A stretch of DNA of 64,000 bases from Amphiscolops sp. MND2022 (GCA_964187785.1 OZ076409.1:58282001-58346000); one strand, 5' to 3'; shown: positions 1 through 15,500, counted from the first letter of the stretch. Notes: generated from the sequence alone by a model not told the origin. Program-made: numbers and translations.

Positions 1-2404
1 AAATGTAGTTTCAAAAATGTAAAAGACTCTTAAGTATGCGCTCGAAATCTAAAATTAAGTAAAAAGCGCCAAAAATGCAGTCGAAAAAATTGTTTCTGTT
101 CGTGTTTAGACCGACTTCTATTCGTTGCAGTTAACTTAATGAGACAATAATTCATACTACTGCTATTTGAATTTGACGGTTATAACTTGAATAGTGTGGA
201 AATGTTTTAGAAAGAGAAAACGAAACATTCGTGCAACCATACCTTATTCAAAAGTAAGCTGTTTTGTATGTACATCAATCGAATTGTCTTCTTTGTTGGT
301 AATTGTTTTGCACCATTTCCAAATGAGTTTTCTTTAAACCTGCTGTTCCGTATTGTTATTTCAGAAGAATTGGCGTTTCATAACAATTAAGCGCGCCGAA
401 AAGAAACGGGCTGATGGTTCAACGTGATACAGATGTACCATGTTTGTTTTTGCTATGCTGAAATGCTGTCAAACTGCAGATCGATGAATCGCTAAGTTTC
501 TAAGAACTGGGAGGGGCTATGAAAGTAATTATATTGGTTGGAGTAAAAATGTTCACTGGTTTTCAACGTTGCCGTAAGTAGGAATATTAGTGTCCGTGGC
601 TGATTCAAGTCCACTTTTGAGGTGCTTATCCTGTTTAATACACTACCTGATACTTCCTCCCAATTTGCGCAATACTCTCATCCCCTATCCAATTACGGCT
701 CTCATCCTGGTCAAATGTGACGAGAGCAGCCCAAAATAAATAGCACCATTAAAAAAGCATCATTAAAGAGCGACACCTAACAAGAGTGGCTGTGCTAAGA
801 TTGGATAGCGTAAATCGTTGGTATGTTCTTGGTTCTCGCTGGTTGCAGTTAAAGAAGTCCCGTCGCCCTTTTACGACAAGAAAGTGAGATGAAGGAAATG
901 AATGGATTTATTGAATTCGTTTTCAAGGCTCCAGAGTTCGTATTCAATCTAAAGACAAATGAAAATAAATCATTATCTAGGTACAATAAAAGATTTTTTA
1001 TATTCAATCTGACGTGGTTGGTTGTTTAACGCTCGTATAGATCAAAACTGCATGGCTGAGAAATGGAGACGATTATTTATACAACGAAGTAACTTCAACA
1101 CAGTGTTTCCTTTGTGCTTGTTATCTGCCTCGATACAGTGGATCGAACACCTTCGAACCGACTGGCAATTCTAAGGTTCCAAATTAGATTTATTTTCAGT
1201 AGGGTAAAAATAAACCAAGCTCTTTGAATGTATTCTCACTGCAGTTGGTCTAAAAACCATGATGCTTCAAGATCCGCTTACATTACGTCTAGATGTTGTC
1301 TCTTTAAGCTGCCCTGTCAACGCATTACGTCAAGGTTGTTTTTGGCTATTTTTTTCTGCTTTATGCATTCAAGTTTATAAAAGCAGTTCCGACTGAGAAA
1401 ATGGCATCGGGGAACCTTCAGCACAATCAAAAGGCACTTAATACTTAATTTTTATTATTTGGACGTTTTTACGACTGCTAATTAATTTTTTATTGCTATA
1501 TAAATAAAACAGTTTCAAAAATACAAATTTCTAGCTTTAACAAAGAGTAGATTCATTGTTTTTGTGGCATATTTTTCATTTGAATATTTCGATTGAATGG
1601 AGTGACCTCTTTATACGACATTGAGGCTTTTTGAGAGATGTTTTATGTGGAAGATGCTATTTTTTGTTTCATTTCCATGTTTGAGCTGCTATTGAAGTAA
1701 CGACATCTTTAAGGCAATAGTGGTTTTATTTCCAGATTCAATATATGCAATAGCGTAAAATTAATCGCAGTCACATTTTCCACTTTGTCAGTTTTGTCAT
1801 ACTCCAAATACTGCTCTTTCCATAGAATTCAATTACAAAAGTTAGTAATATTATTTTTTTCAAGAAGAGGAATTTTTTCAAGTGCTTCAACTTTTGTTTT
1901 CAATTTGGAACTTTTTAAGTATATTACGAGTAAATGTGAGGAAACAACAAAGCGTTTCTGAATTTTATCAAAAGTGCTACTGAAAATTGAGTTAAAATGA
2001 TACCTGCATAGTTACATGTATCAGGCTGAAATTTTTGGAACGGAAATTTGTACTACAAACGAAAACCTGCTGAATAATTACTTCAACTTTCCTGTCAAGA
2101 TACAGTATTGTGATTAAGAAATCATTCCCGGGCGATTTTAGGCTCGGTGGTCCGGGCAATAACCCTACCAATATTTCCCGGGCGACGGGCAGGGTCCTGT
2201 ATGCCCGCGTCTATGACGAAGAAACAACTTATGGAAATGGGGGGTAAAAATGGAAAAACATCACTTTTCACTGATCTAATTGGATGAAATTTTGCATAGC
2301 CCTAGCGGAAAGGATGCTCAACAAATTCTTAGGAGCATTTTTTCTGGCTATAGACTTTGAAGGTTACTTTACCATTTTTGCGTTTTGTTGCGTTTTTAAT
2401 GTCT

Positions 2405-3014
2405 TTTTAGTCGGCGCATTTTCCTTTAAGGAAAAAAGCCCGACTATTACAGTGGCTAGTTTTTTTTTCGTCAGACCACAGAGCTCATCGCGTATGTACC
2501 ACTTTTTACAGAAACTGATAAGTTCACTCAGGCCAAGTTCCACCAATGCAAACTTACTGCAAAGGGTCCCCCCTTTCGTTTTTTACCTTTTTTACGTAAC
2601 CTACAAAACCGGAAGACTCCAAAGGGTCCCCCCCTTTCAATTTTTTTTCGGCACTGTGCGAATTTTTTTTTCGAAAATTTTTAATTTTTCCAAAGAGTCC
2701 CCCCTCCGGATTTTTTGATATTTTGCAACAGAAAGTATGTTAATGAATCCCAAAGGGTCCCCCCTTTTCATTTTTCGGCACTATGCGACGTTTTCGAAGT
2801 TTTTTTCAAAAAAATTTTTCAAAAAAAATTTCAAAATTTGTTTTGTTTCCAGTCGGGAAAAGTGATTTTCCAGTCATATCGAGCATGAAAGGCACACTTT
2901 GGGTGTCTCGAAAGTGTTTTCAAAGCTTTTCATGAATACATCCTGGGCATATTTAGAAAACTGAGCTTTTTGAGCCTTAGATATAGCGCCGACTTTAGAC
3001 GTTCCCGTCTTGTT
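2405..3014 (+). mobile_element. Non-autonomous Helentron-like element, family A
   Basis: 5' end TTTTAGTCGGCGC...CCGACT hairpin; 3' end GAGCCTTAGATATAGCGCCGACTTTAGACGTTCCCGTCTTGTT (inverted subterminal repeat plus GACG-TTCC-CGTC hairpin); T-run flanks, no TSD; same termini recur about 10 times in the window. Confidence 0.7.
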
Positions 3015-3539
3015 TGTTTTTGTTGTCATAAGTTTTTCCAGGGCATCCTAGCGATTTTGGTCGCTCCTACGTTGCGTTGCAGCATCTGAAAATACATCTG
3101 CTGCGAAGTTTTGATTGCAACAATCAGATCACCCCCCCCCCCCCCCGCTGCCGCCGCCGCCGCCGCGATAGAGGGGTACCCCCAAATTTGGGTAAATGCA
3201 CATTTTGCGCATAAAGCCGTTGAGTTAGCGTGTCCGACCCTGCTGACGTTATGTCGAGCACAATGAGGTGTAACAGATGACATAGGATGTTTTCACCCCA
3301 TCACCCCCCTGAGACCGGAATTTTCACAAAAAGTCGTTATTTTCATTGGAAAGTAGTCGTTTTGAGGGCGGCTATCAGGGAATCAAAGATGAAGATGAAG
3401 TACTACCCGGGCGCAACTTAGTAAACACCGGTTAGCCATTAGTGGGTACCGCAATGACTGGAAACGGCGTCAAAACCCCCTTTTTGACGTTTTTTGACAT
3501 TGTGATCCTTAATGAGATCACATTTCGGTCGCGTAAGTA

Positions 3540-6400
3540 CTATGAACCATTATTAGGATGAAGTGCTAGTAAACTGGGGACACGATTGAAATGCAAGTTC
3601 ATTGCATTTGTCTTTCACATACTTTTTGAAATGTGCATCAGCTATATACCCTGAACAGATCTCAGCAAATGGTATACCACACAGGGTTGGCAGATTGTAT
3701 TCAAGCTGATTATAATCATTGATTTTAATCAGGAAGATTTTTTGATTTTTTTCATTTTAATCAAAAATATGACAACTTTACTCTGTGTTTTGTTCGAGAT
3801 AAAATCATGGTACCTTCGGGTCAAAACGTACATGAAATTTTGTCCGAATTTAATGGAGTTTCAAAAGAAAACAATAAAGGTTCGTGGGCGTTAGGCAGGA
3901 AGTGCGGTATTGGATTACAATGAATGGAAAATCACGCCTGAAAGTGTTATCCTTAAGAGTATCCACCACCTGCTGCTACAAGTCCCCATCCCATTCGCAA
4001 TTTGTTGAACAAAGTACCGACGCTGCCCGCAAAGGTGGCAGAGATGAATCGCTTCGTTGCAAAATCTTCTACAACGTCGGCTGAAAAAGAAGAGTTCAAT
4101 CTTGCTATTACTCGATACTTTGTGGCAACAAATACGCCATTTTTGCATGTTGAGCACCCTTCTTTTACGCAGCTTGATTCAAAATTGAGGCCCACACGAA
4201 TTTGCTGCCCACACGAATATGCCTGTCGGGAGATTTATTAGACAATTCTATTTGGACGGATTTATTGGATTTGTTCTTTTTTCCTTATCCGCCTTACACT
4301 TCGTGTTATCTTTAGGAAAGATTGTAACGATGTCTCTGGACGGTTGGTCGAATATCCACAACGAGTCGATTGTGTGCATTGCAGCTCCCACAACGTCTGG
4401 TGAAACGTATTTGTTGGAGACTATCGACACAACAGGGAATTCGCATACCAGCGAGTATCTGGAATACCCGGTGGAAACAGCCTAGAAAAATTCCGAGCAA
4501 TTTACAAGTTCAGTGTTGTGGGTTCCGTTACTGACAATGCGGCGAATGTGAAAATGATGCGTGACTCCTCAAGTTAGACAGTGTTTTTAAGCCCGAAGTT
4601 TCGCTTCATGCATGTGGTTATTTTGTGCTGAATAAGTTGGCCACTGACCTTAAAATAAAAAACAAAACTGATAATTTCACTTGTGTGGCGAAGTACTTTA
4701 GAAACCACCTGCGGCTTGGCTCCGTGCAAAAAACGTGATTAAACTCTTTCTGCCAGGTGACGTGAAATGGAATTCAGAGGCGGATACAGTTGGTACTTAC
4801 CTGAAATTGTGGCTGTCGTTACTCGCAATTGCTGAAGAAAACTGAAGGAATGGACAACGAAGTGTATTACTATACCTGATTTGCCACATAAACGATCGGC
4901 CGAAGAAAATCACGTCATATTGTCTGCAATCGCAATAGCGACTGACCGCATGCAAGGTGCTACTGTGAACCTTGCTGATGCTTTTGATATCGAAGACACC
5001 CTGTCAGCAGTTGAACGCCGTATTTTCAACTGATAAACAAAGGTTTGTTGTCGATTGCCAAAGTCAAGCATTGTCTGCACAACTTTATTTTGCATTCATA
5101 GTTGATCCTCGATATGTGGATAAAAAGCTGAATCAAGGTGAAGAGAAGAAGAGCCTTATTTTGTTGCACGCCAAAGTAACAACATAATGAGCTACATTCT
5201 CAGATTTTGCACCAAATTGCTCCATTTCATTCCAATTATTTTGACAGAGCAGGTGACTTCCACCCCTCTGATTGGTGGAAACTTTTTGAGGTCGACCCCG
5301 AAGTGCTCACTTTTATTCGCGCAGCATTGTCGTGCGTACCTAGTTCCGGGTCGTTGGGAAGACTGTTCAGCTCCTTTGGTTAGATCACAGCAAACAGCGA
5401 AGCCGGCTTGGTGTTGAGAAGGCTACTATATTGTTGTTTCGTTTCAACATTCTCAATCATCAGTGACTTGAATAACTCAATATCGTACAATTGTTTTACG
5501 ATGTCGAGAGTTTTGTGATGGATATAAAGTTTTTATTTTTATCTTCATCATTGAATTTTTTTAAAAAAAAATAAAATTTTGATTTCAATGCCGTGTTGTC
5601 AAATGAAGTTACAATCATGATTTTTATCAAAAATCTGGATTTCGATCAAAAAAATCGAAATAAATGTTTTTTTTGAAAAAAGATCGGCTTTTTTCCAAAC
5701 CCGATACCACAATTTGTCAAAATCTGGCTTGGTGCCACGCCCTTATCTGGTTATTGTTTTTCATCCATTGGAAGAATATACGTGAAAATGAATTTTGTTC
5801 CATATTGGATTTTTCCAGAAGTTAGCCATTCTTTGCCATATAGTAATTCAGTTCCTTGCCGTTCTAGTTCACCATATATCATACCTTTTGGGACACTTTT
5901 CGTACACGTAAAACACGCCGCAGGAAATTCCTATGGAAAACCTCAATTTGCTCAGTTTTTTCAAAACCCCACACGTCGCACCCATAGATCAAGAACCATA
6001 GTGTCTGAAAGACGTAAAGACGTAACTTCGTCTCAATTTCTTGATCAACTTTACCAAACCGGGTTTCTATTGTAAACAATTCTTTTTTTGCTTTTTCAAC
6101 GTTATGTTTCATAGCAACTTGAAACGTATTGTTAAACTGAATGACAATTCCCACGTAGCAGAATGTGTCAACACGCTCAGTTGCTTTACCATCAGCTAGC
6201 ATAGCATGCGAACGGTTTTCCGTACTTTACCCTTGGAAAAAATCATATACTTTGTTTCATTAATATTTATATACACATTCTACATTGCTTGCAGTATTGC
6301 AAGGTCGCCTCAATTGCTTTCTGTATCTCACTCTCTTTTTCGGATAACAGCAGTATATCATCTGCATACAGAAGCACAAAAAGCTTCAAAAAGAACGTTG
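3540..6400 (-). mobile_element. Decayed LINE reverse-transcriptase fragment interrupted by a hAT transposon
   Basis: Minus strand reads LLYADDILL near 6350-6376 and FCYVGIV...IYGCDVWG in ORF 5879-6202; frame ILTNCGIPF continues across the hAT insertion site (5712 to 3673). Confidence 0.65.
3682..5703 (+). mobile_element. Degenerate hAT DNA transposon
   Basis: 8-bp TSD ATACCACA at 3674-3681 and 5704-5711; imperfect TIR CAGGGTTGG/CCAAACCCG; broken transposase pieces (AITRYFVATNTPFLHVEHPSF, VTMSLDGWSNI, VTDNAANVK) of DUF659/hAT type. Confidence 0.85.
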
Positions 6401-7819
6401 TACTTTGTGAACTAAAGCATCACGTTGAAGGCCAGTGATTCGAGAGCAGTAAATATGATTCGAGAAGCTCGTGGGAAAATCGCATCTACTCTCTGATTGA
6501 ATTAGCTTCTGAACTTTTGGGAAGACGGTTTTTCGAATACCCGTTTTTTGAGTGTTTGGACATTATATCTATCGTTCAGATTGTTTGTCACAAATCAGAG
6601 TGCGAAACTTTCCCCCCACTACTTAATGATTATTGTAGCTTAGATCGCAAATATTACTGCTCCGCGTGGGCTTTTCTATACCAGAAAAGTCGATTTCTGT
6701 GCATTTTGAGCTGCGTTTCAATTAGAGCAACTAACTGAGTTTTCTGCTAATAAAATTTCTGATCATTTTTGGAAAAAACAATTTTGAACCGCTGTTTAGA
6801 ATCAATCTCCTAAAAAGCTGTTGAAGTTTTTTTTACTTTTCTGCAACACAATGATTTGGCTGCACGAATTGAGTCAGTGATCTAGGGAACCTAAGCGATT
6901 GGAACCTTTGCGATTGATTTTTCCCCTAAACATGAAATGAAGAATTGAATAATCTTTTCAATGTTTCTGCTAATTGTTATCTCGTGATGCCCGCTCTGAT
7001 TTATACCCTTGACTAGATTGCTTTGTCAGCCTGGTTACATTCAAAGTCAACTGAAAGATTCTTCCGAAGATCTTATTCCGGCTTAGTGCTATTTCAATTC
7101 ATAGATTCTGCAGATATCGCTGCACAATTTCCTGCTCAGTATTCCAAATACGGTTGGTATCAAGCAATCAAATGTTGACAGTATTTTGCATTAATCAACT
7201 GGATCTGAAGTTTGGCTGTATTTTTGAGCTGAATTATTTGTGTAAAATAATTTCGAAAGTGCTTAGCGCAAAGCCGGTGAATACTTCCCTTGATTCGGAG
7301 TCTAAGACGTTCTTCAGGAGTGCTTAGGTAGAAACAGCTTGACTTTCTGATGTTTCTGATTTCCAAGATGTTGATTTTTTAAAACACAAGTCATAACCAA
7401 GTTCTGTGATCGATTTCCGTTAAGTCCTGCAACAATTGATCATTTTTAAAAAAAAACGCTTCGCTCGCCTGAACGTTTTACTACCCCAACCCAATGGTCG
7501 TAAAGCAGTTCTCTCCGAGCGATATATATGCTAATATTCATACCGATTTTTTCGTTAAAACACACACTCCAGAAAATGGAGCGAAAAAAGCAAAAGTACT
7601 TGAGTAACCTGGTTGTTGGAAAAGTTGATCGTCTATCTTAGTTCAGCTGACGAATTTCGCTAAAATGTTTTTTTCCATTAATATGATATTTAAATTGTAA
7701 TCTTTCGTTGCTACTTGTGTTGGACCTCTGTGTTGTTGTTTCTCTCGGCTCCTTGGGTGTTTGAAAAACAACATTTTTGACAGTAATCATATCCCATGGT
7801 GCACCCAAACAACCCCTAA

Positions 7820-8260
<441 letters not shown>

Positions 8261-10371
8261 TGACCACTTTCTCTTACAGAGAATTCATTTCTCAAACAGT
8301 TTCATGCAGTTGAACGTCGAAAACAATCTTATGAAATTATACCATTTTTGGCTGTTAAAGGCTTCTTCTTAGAACTGCGGCTTATTTTTCATGTTTTCTA
8401 AACGACTGATTTGTGTTGTTTGTCAACTTAGAAATGAATACTTAGTGGAATTTGTTAGTTTATTGGGGTAAACTTGTGCTTTGAGATATCAAGCTGCTTG
8501 TTACACGTCTAGTTTTTCAATGTTAAGTGTTAAAATGATTGACATGCTTAACAGCAATTGACATTGAAATTGGATCTAGAAAATAACTTATCGAGAATGG
8601 CACATAATTGGGAAATATATGGGCGGGAATAATAACTAGCCTTTTGTTTCCATATGATGTGTCAGGTTCCTCCCAAGGTTAGGTGTTCAAACTTTTGTCT
8701 GTGCGGCCTATTTTGCGCAGCTCTGTTTTAAAAGTGACATGAGGCTCATGGCAGCTTTCTTTTGTCTGCTCCTATCTTTCTATTCCTTATTGTCTTTCGA
8801 GTTTCGCTCTCCTTTTTCCTGAAAAGGCGACTGATTGCAGATATCGCAAAGAAAAGACCTGAAAGTTTTGAAGGATGCCTGGTGTGTCAAGCCATTTAAT
8901 GGCACTTTTTTGATATGACTGAACTAATGTTGCCTCAGCTCTCCCATTTTATCTAAATGTCAATTGAAGTATTCCTGAACCTTTTTTGTCCGAGTGATTT
9001 CTTTTTCTTGGATTTTTTTGTTCCTGGAGTGATCATTTTCAAGGTTGCCAATTTTGAAATGAACCATGAACTAATTTCATTCCTCTCAATTCATCAAAAA
9101 ACCAAATTTTTGATCACTTCTGTGTTGATGCAGTGTCAGCAGAAATAGAAACAGTCTACAAAAATCCGCTTCTTGCCGCGTTTACTTTACCCTCATTTCG
9201 ATATACCGGAAATAGAAATGTGCTGGTTTTTATCACTCTATTTTTATGTAATTTGAAATAGATTTATGAATACATCTGTTACCAAATTGGTTGTTTAGAG
9301 GATGTCATGCCAACAGTGAATCTATGACTCGACATTCTGATACCTGAATACTAAAAAATTCCTTACAAAAATGTAGAGACCAATTAATTCTCCACTGGTT
9401 TTTTGAATTAAAATCACGAGGATTGTGTAAATATGATTTGGAAAGAAGCCCAACATTTAACGTTATGAAAAGGAAAATGTGACAAACTTTGAAAGGAAAA
9501 ATTGAAACTTTCGTGCTCAATTATGCAGTACTGTTTTTCAGCCATTTTTAATAGGAAAGTTACTGCAGCCATTATATACCATTTGGACGAGGACAATAAT
9601 AATTCACGTGTGACTGATCCTGTCATCTCAATGTTATAACCCTAAATAGCCTTGTATTATAATTGTACATCTGGTATTTGTGAAATTCCACAGTGCGTTT
9701 GAAACAAACAACTTGACGGAGTCTGTCAAACAAATATTCGAATGTTGTTTGGTGACAAGGGTCATTTCGTTTTGATTCCCTCCAGTTTGTTAAGTGGCAA
9801 AAATACTGACAGAATTGGTATATTGCCAAAACAGGCGAACTGTTAATCAATTTTGAATGAAAAGCAACTGGAAACCTCTCTTGGTCTTTTGGATTGACAG
9901 CTGGGTAATTTTTATCACAGTGTGCAAGAAACGAACACTTTCGTGGCGTTTGCACCACCGGTAAACTTTCACCTCATGATGTCTCGAGAAAACTATTTCG
10001 ATGGATGGAATTCAAGGTTTTTCGATGGTTTTCTAATTTATTAAAATGAATGCAACAGTTTAAATGAACTAAATTGGTTTCTATTTACGGATTTTGTTTT
10101 AAAAAATGATTAAATGAGAGAGAAGCTTTTGCGGTCCTATGGAAATATGTTTTCCGCCAATATTTCCATATGTAAAAAGGATAATTTCTTGTGTTTTTTT
10201 GTGCTCGAATCCTAAAAATGTGGTGATCACTGGTGTTCTTCGTCAAAGAAATCGACACGAGTCAAGTTGCTTGAAACCAACTTTTTGAGGTTTCCAAGAT
10301 TTCAGAGGTTTTTTCAATGACTATTCTTGTCTAATTTACTGGTGGTCAATCTTTTACAAGTTGAAATACAG

Positions 10372-11085
10372 AAAATGTTTCCGTTCAGTTTCAACCTGGT
10401 TGGGACTGTCACGGCATGCCTATAGAGCATAAAGTTCTTAAAAAGTACTTGAAGAATCAAGAAAAGCGTCCACTGCCTTCCAGTGAAGACTGGCCACTTG
10501 TTGTCCGCGACGAAAGCAGATCACTGGCCGCCGAATGTATCGAGACTCAGAAGTCAGGATTCAAACGGTGGGGTATTCGTGCAAATTGGGAGGACCCGTA
10601 CTTCACCTACGACATTGACTACGTATCAAATGAGATGCAACTTTTTTGGAAACTCTTTCAGAAAGGTCTGATATACAGAGGTGAACGCCCTGTATATTTT
10701 TCGCCTTCAAGCAATTCAGTTTTAGCAGACTCAGAAATAGAGTACGAGAATATAACAAACACGGCTGTTTATGTCAAGTTTCCACTCACCCAAATCCCCC
10801 GCCACTGGCAAAATATTGTTACAGACTTGGATAAGTCTGGAATCTATGTGATGATCTGGACGACCCAGCCTTGGACACTATTGGCAAACGCAGCGGTTGC
10901 TTTCAACCCCGAAGGATCTTACAGTTTAGTATCCGACGGAGAAAGAAGCAAATTTCTGTATCTTTTGGATAAATCAGCAGTGGATAAGGTCCAACAAGTT
11001 GTAGAGGACGCAAATGTTGTAGCTGGCGTAGACGTTGGAGATTTTTCGACTCTTCAGTATGAGTTCTACAACTGGGAGAATGAAG
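10372..11085 (+). CDS. IARS2: IARS2 coding exon 2
   Basis: PGWDCHGMPIE and IWTTQPWTLLAN motifs; acceptor ATACAG is phase-compatible; donor GAAG|GTAAA. Confidence 0.9.
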
Positions 11086-11790
11086 GTAAAAACTTTTATG
11101 CAGCATGCAAAGAAATATTAGTTCTCTATGGAAAAAAAATGAGAAGAGCTTGATCAGCTCTTGTCGTTACTGTTTTCCCATGTGATAATCAGTAGGTCGT
11201 AACGTCCTAAATATTCTAACCTTGAATCAGTTTTTCACACTTTCAATCATGAAATCAGCTTTCAATGAAAATATCTTTCGATGCTGTTACTGAATTCGAT
11301 GCTGTGCATGTATAACAATTTGTGTATATTTCCCTTTTCATCACATTGCCCGTTGGTGCTTCTGATAATTTGATCTAAGAGAGGATAACCTACCACTGGT
11401 CAACCACTTACATTATCATTAGTGATACATCGCCAAGCAGTGGATCTAACTAATCTGTTGTTCTTTTCAGCTACCGGTGGTGCAACTTTCGTGTAAGTTC
11501 TGATTCGGCTTCTTACAAAAAGTATCGATTCTCGATGAAATCAGAACCATTCTCAGTTGGGTAGGCAGTCTTTTGTCGGTTATGATTGTCCGCTTTGTGA
11601 AGTGTATTAATCATGTGGAACATCATAGTACTGTAGACAAACAGCTCTATTGTGTCGCAACAAATCAAACTTGGAGTCGTATGGGTGGAGCTGAAGTTTC
11701 ACTATCAACATCGATTGAATTTTCCTACTTTTTTCGACTTACGGAAAATTTCCCCCAGGAATATAAGACATCGCTTACTTCTTTGCTATT

Positions 11791-11938
11791 TTTAGTTGGC
11801 GCTTCATTGAAAATAGAAAGCACGACGTTGGTTTTTGTCGGTTTTTAACATATTTTAATCCACCCGAACTGACCAAAATAGGCCTACAAAATTTTAGAGC
11901 CTTAAATGGGGCGCCGACTTATGCGTTCCCGACTTGTT
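11791..11938 (+). mobile_element. Short Helentron-like family A copy
   Basis: TTTAGTTGGCGC 5' end and GCGCCGACTTATGCGTTCCCGACTTGTT 3' end, with most of the interior deleted. Confidence 0.55.
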
Positions 11939-12539
11939 TCTTTGACATCAAAATGTCGAAATTTTCCTACTGCTAGAAAATCAGTTTCATCACAATTCAT
12001 TTTTGGCCTGTCAACCAAAGTTTTGAATGGAGCAAAAGTTTTTATTGTGGAGCAAATGTGGCTATAAATTCAGTGTCGGATTTTGCCAATTTGTGACGGC
12101 TTTTGTTCCACTAAGTAGTTTCTAACGCAATTTCTTTGGCAGTGGTTCCAATCGAAAGAACACAATCGAAATATGACATGATTTTAGTGAAGCCGATTTC
12201 TGAGATAGTGTTTTATATATTTCCTTTGAGAATCACTTTGTGCTTGCATGTTTAGCACCGGGTCAGAGAAATCACATCAAAGTATCAAGTTCACAGCTCA
12301 AACAATTGGTTTTCAGTGGTTGAGAGACTCTTCAAGTTTTTCCAATTGTGTTAGTTTCGGCTCCATCTAAATCGATTCGTCCACAAGATGAAACAATGTC
12401 TAGTCATTTTGAAGTCTATTCAGTCATAAATCTAATTTTTCCGCGTACAGTCCCTTGTTTTCGTATTACTGACAATGAAAGAGAAAGGATATCGATATTT
12501 CTTGGGTTTCCCTGCAAGAGCAGAGAAGACAGGCTGTTA

Positions 12540-15500
12540 TTATTTTTTGTGAGTGCGAGTTATTCAGGAGTGGGCGTGTATCCAACAGTGCAACCTCAGC
12601 TGCTCTTTTGGTTGCTCTTGTGAATCAACAAGGGTTCCATTTCAACTTTATAGACAAGTTTTTTGAAATGAGTTTCAAAATCTGGATTCCACCGTTCATT
12701 AACGGTAAAAGAACAGACAAGTTGGTAAACAGTCGCATGCAAAGCTGAACTTTTTGAAGCTCAACGCGCATCATCAATCTTTCAAAATGGCAAATATTCT
12801 GAGCTAATTCAAGCTATTGACAGTGAGCCTTTGAAGGAAAATCTGTTACTTTTGACAAAAGATTTACTCAGCAAAACTGAAACCATTAAAAAACAAAATG
12901 CTCAAATTAGAGAGCTCAGAAACGAGGTTACTGATTTAAAAGAACGAATATCGGAGCAAGAAAAATATTCTTCAAAAGACACTATTATCATCAAAAACTT
13001 ACCTTTATTACAAGATGCTGATCTGGTTAGTTCGGTCCTTTATTTTTTCAAGACGTTTCTGGATATTCAGCTACTGCGGGAAGACCTGAAAGCGTGCCAC
13101 TTTTTGGGAAAGTGCTCAGATATCAATAAACCTCCACCGGTAGTAGTGAAATTTGTTTATTTTCATCAAAAAAACGATGTTTATGTTAGACGATCAATGC
13201 TGGGCAAACGAGGTAAGCAAAACCCTATCAATACGGAAAACAACTACATAAATGAAAGATTGCCCAAAGAACAACTGCTCATCAAAAAGTACGCCAATGA
13301 CAAAGGCCTCATCACAACCACCTATAACTGTGACGTGAAGTTGTTCCTGAAAGATAGCAGTGGGGCTACTTTTTCTCAAAAGGTAACTTCAACCAAGATG
13401 GTAGATGATCTAACACATAAAGCCCTAAAAAAGCAAAGAAACCCACAAGTGAAAAGAAATATGCCAGATTCTACTCCCGAGAACCCAAAAGATAAACGTT
13501 TCGAAATTGCTGCAACGCCAACGAAGAATGACAAATCAATGGAACCTGAAATAAATTGAGCGTTGCACTTTCTTATGCCGGTATTCTAATCTCTAATTGC
13601 TTTGAAAATTGTTTCGAAAAAGACACAAATCAGTAATAGGAAAAAGTAAAAGTTATTATAATTTTGTTTGTCATTTGCACTGCAGTATTTTCTGGAGTTT
13701 TGCGCTTGGAGCTTTTTTGGCTTTGATTTCTTTTGCCTTACTAATACCAAATATTATTGAGTGTAACGTTTGATATCCAACTTGATATTTTCTTTAGTTT
13801 GGTAATATCGTTTTATGTTGAATCTGGAGAACCAAAATAAGGAGCAACAAATAACTAATGCTAAGACGCCCGAACATCCGTCTTTTAGCAAAATTGACGA
13901 ATCAGAAAAATGCAAAACAAAAACATTCACCGTTTTAGGTCTTAATATAAGATCTCTCGATTATCATATAAATGAACTTCGTGTCCTTCTAGAAATCATG
14001 GACAAAAAACCTGAAGTACTGGCACTTACTGAAACCTGGATGACGGATGATCACTCACTAGTTGACTTGGACATAGTGGGTTATCAACCAATTGAATTCA
14101 AAGCACGACCAAATGCTAAGAGACGATCCGGTGGTGTAGCTTTTTACGTGAAAGATGGATTATCATTTCAAGTTGTGTCCTTCAAAACTGGTATAGAATG
14201 TTTAATTATCAAGATAACTAGCGATAACAAAACATTGTACAATATATGTTCAATATATCGACCAGAGACTATTAAAATCAACAACTTCATTGGTTATCTA
14301 GAGACTTTATTGTATTTTCTGAAGGGTTTGCCTGGAGAAACATTGCTTTTTGGTGACTTTAATATCGACACATTAAAAGATGATCTGGATAGGAAGAAGT
14401 ATGTGGCTCTCTTGGAAGCGTATGATTTTGAGATACAAAATAAATTACCGACAAGGGTCACGCCCACTTCTAAGAGTTGCATCGATCACATGATAACCTA
14501 AAATGTAGTTTGCACTTAAACTCTTCCGACCACCATTAGTGATCATTTTACTGTTTTGCTGCATTTTACCAAGGAACATTCCTTCGATAGAAAAACAGTC
14601 TCGAACCCGATTATGACTAGAAACACAAAAAATCTGAAAGGACACAACACATTGAATTTTTTCTTATTAGATCAAAAATTGAAGTAAATTGACGAAAAAA
14701 CATCGGCTGAATATCATGTGGAATCCATTGTTAAGTCAGTCAGTGAATGTGTAGATAAATTTGCACCGCTGCGAGTCAGTTCTGGTAAAGAGCCATCCAA
14801 TCAATGGATTAATAATAAAATCAAAAATGCAATCACTAAACGTAATAAACTTTTCCAGATTTGGGTTGAAAAGCCAACAAAAAGTAATCATGATAATTAT
14901 AAGTCATTTAGAAACAAAGTTTGTTTAATGATTCGTGAAGCTAAGAAACAAGATAACTTCAGAAAACTTGGCGTAAATCCAACTGCACGAGCACTTTATA
15001 GGACTTTAAAAACTCAGAAAAACAATGATCAGCAACCAAAGGAACTTCCTGATTTAGAAAAATTGAATGAATTTTTTGTAAATGTTGGGTCAGTTTTATC
15101 ATCTAGGCTGCCACAAACAGCGTATTCTTCGGGGTCCACCAATTGTGACAAAACTTTGTTTATAGAACCCACTGGAGAGTTTGAAGTTGCAAGTATCATC
15201 AAAGCAATGAAAAACAAGAAAAGTTGTGGAATGGATGGGATCAGTAGTGAAACTTTGAAATGCTGCTCACCCATTATTGAACGTCATCTTGCACTTGCCT
15301 TCAATAAATGCATAGATGAAGGTGTATTCCCAGACATTTTCAAAATTGCCAAAGTTGTACCATTGTTTAAGAAGGGGGATAAAAAAGATCCCGCAAATTA
15401 TCGTCCAATTAGCCTCCTAAGCTCTTTGAGTAAAGTGTTTGAGAAAATCTTACATAATCGAACGATACGATTTACTGAGAAAAACGACTTGATTTGTCCC

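Noticed and set aside
380..800. Possible ancient LINE RT remnant on the minus strand
   Set aside because: Only vague similarity (NWEEVSGSV); too degraded to support.
2284..2718. Phe/Lys-rich ORFs (also 21062-21392, 31218-31703, 50824-51186)
   Set aside because: They are translations of T/A-run-rich repeat elements, with no protein motifs.
8680..10190. Possible old DNA transposon in IARS2 intron 1
   Set aside because: A hAT-like end was seen near 8681, but no partner TIR, TSD or clear transposase motif.
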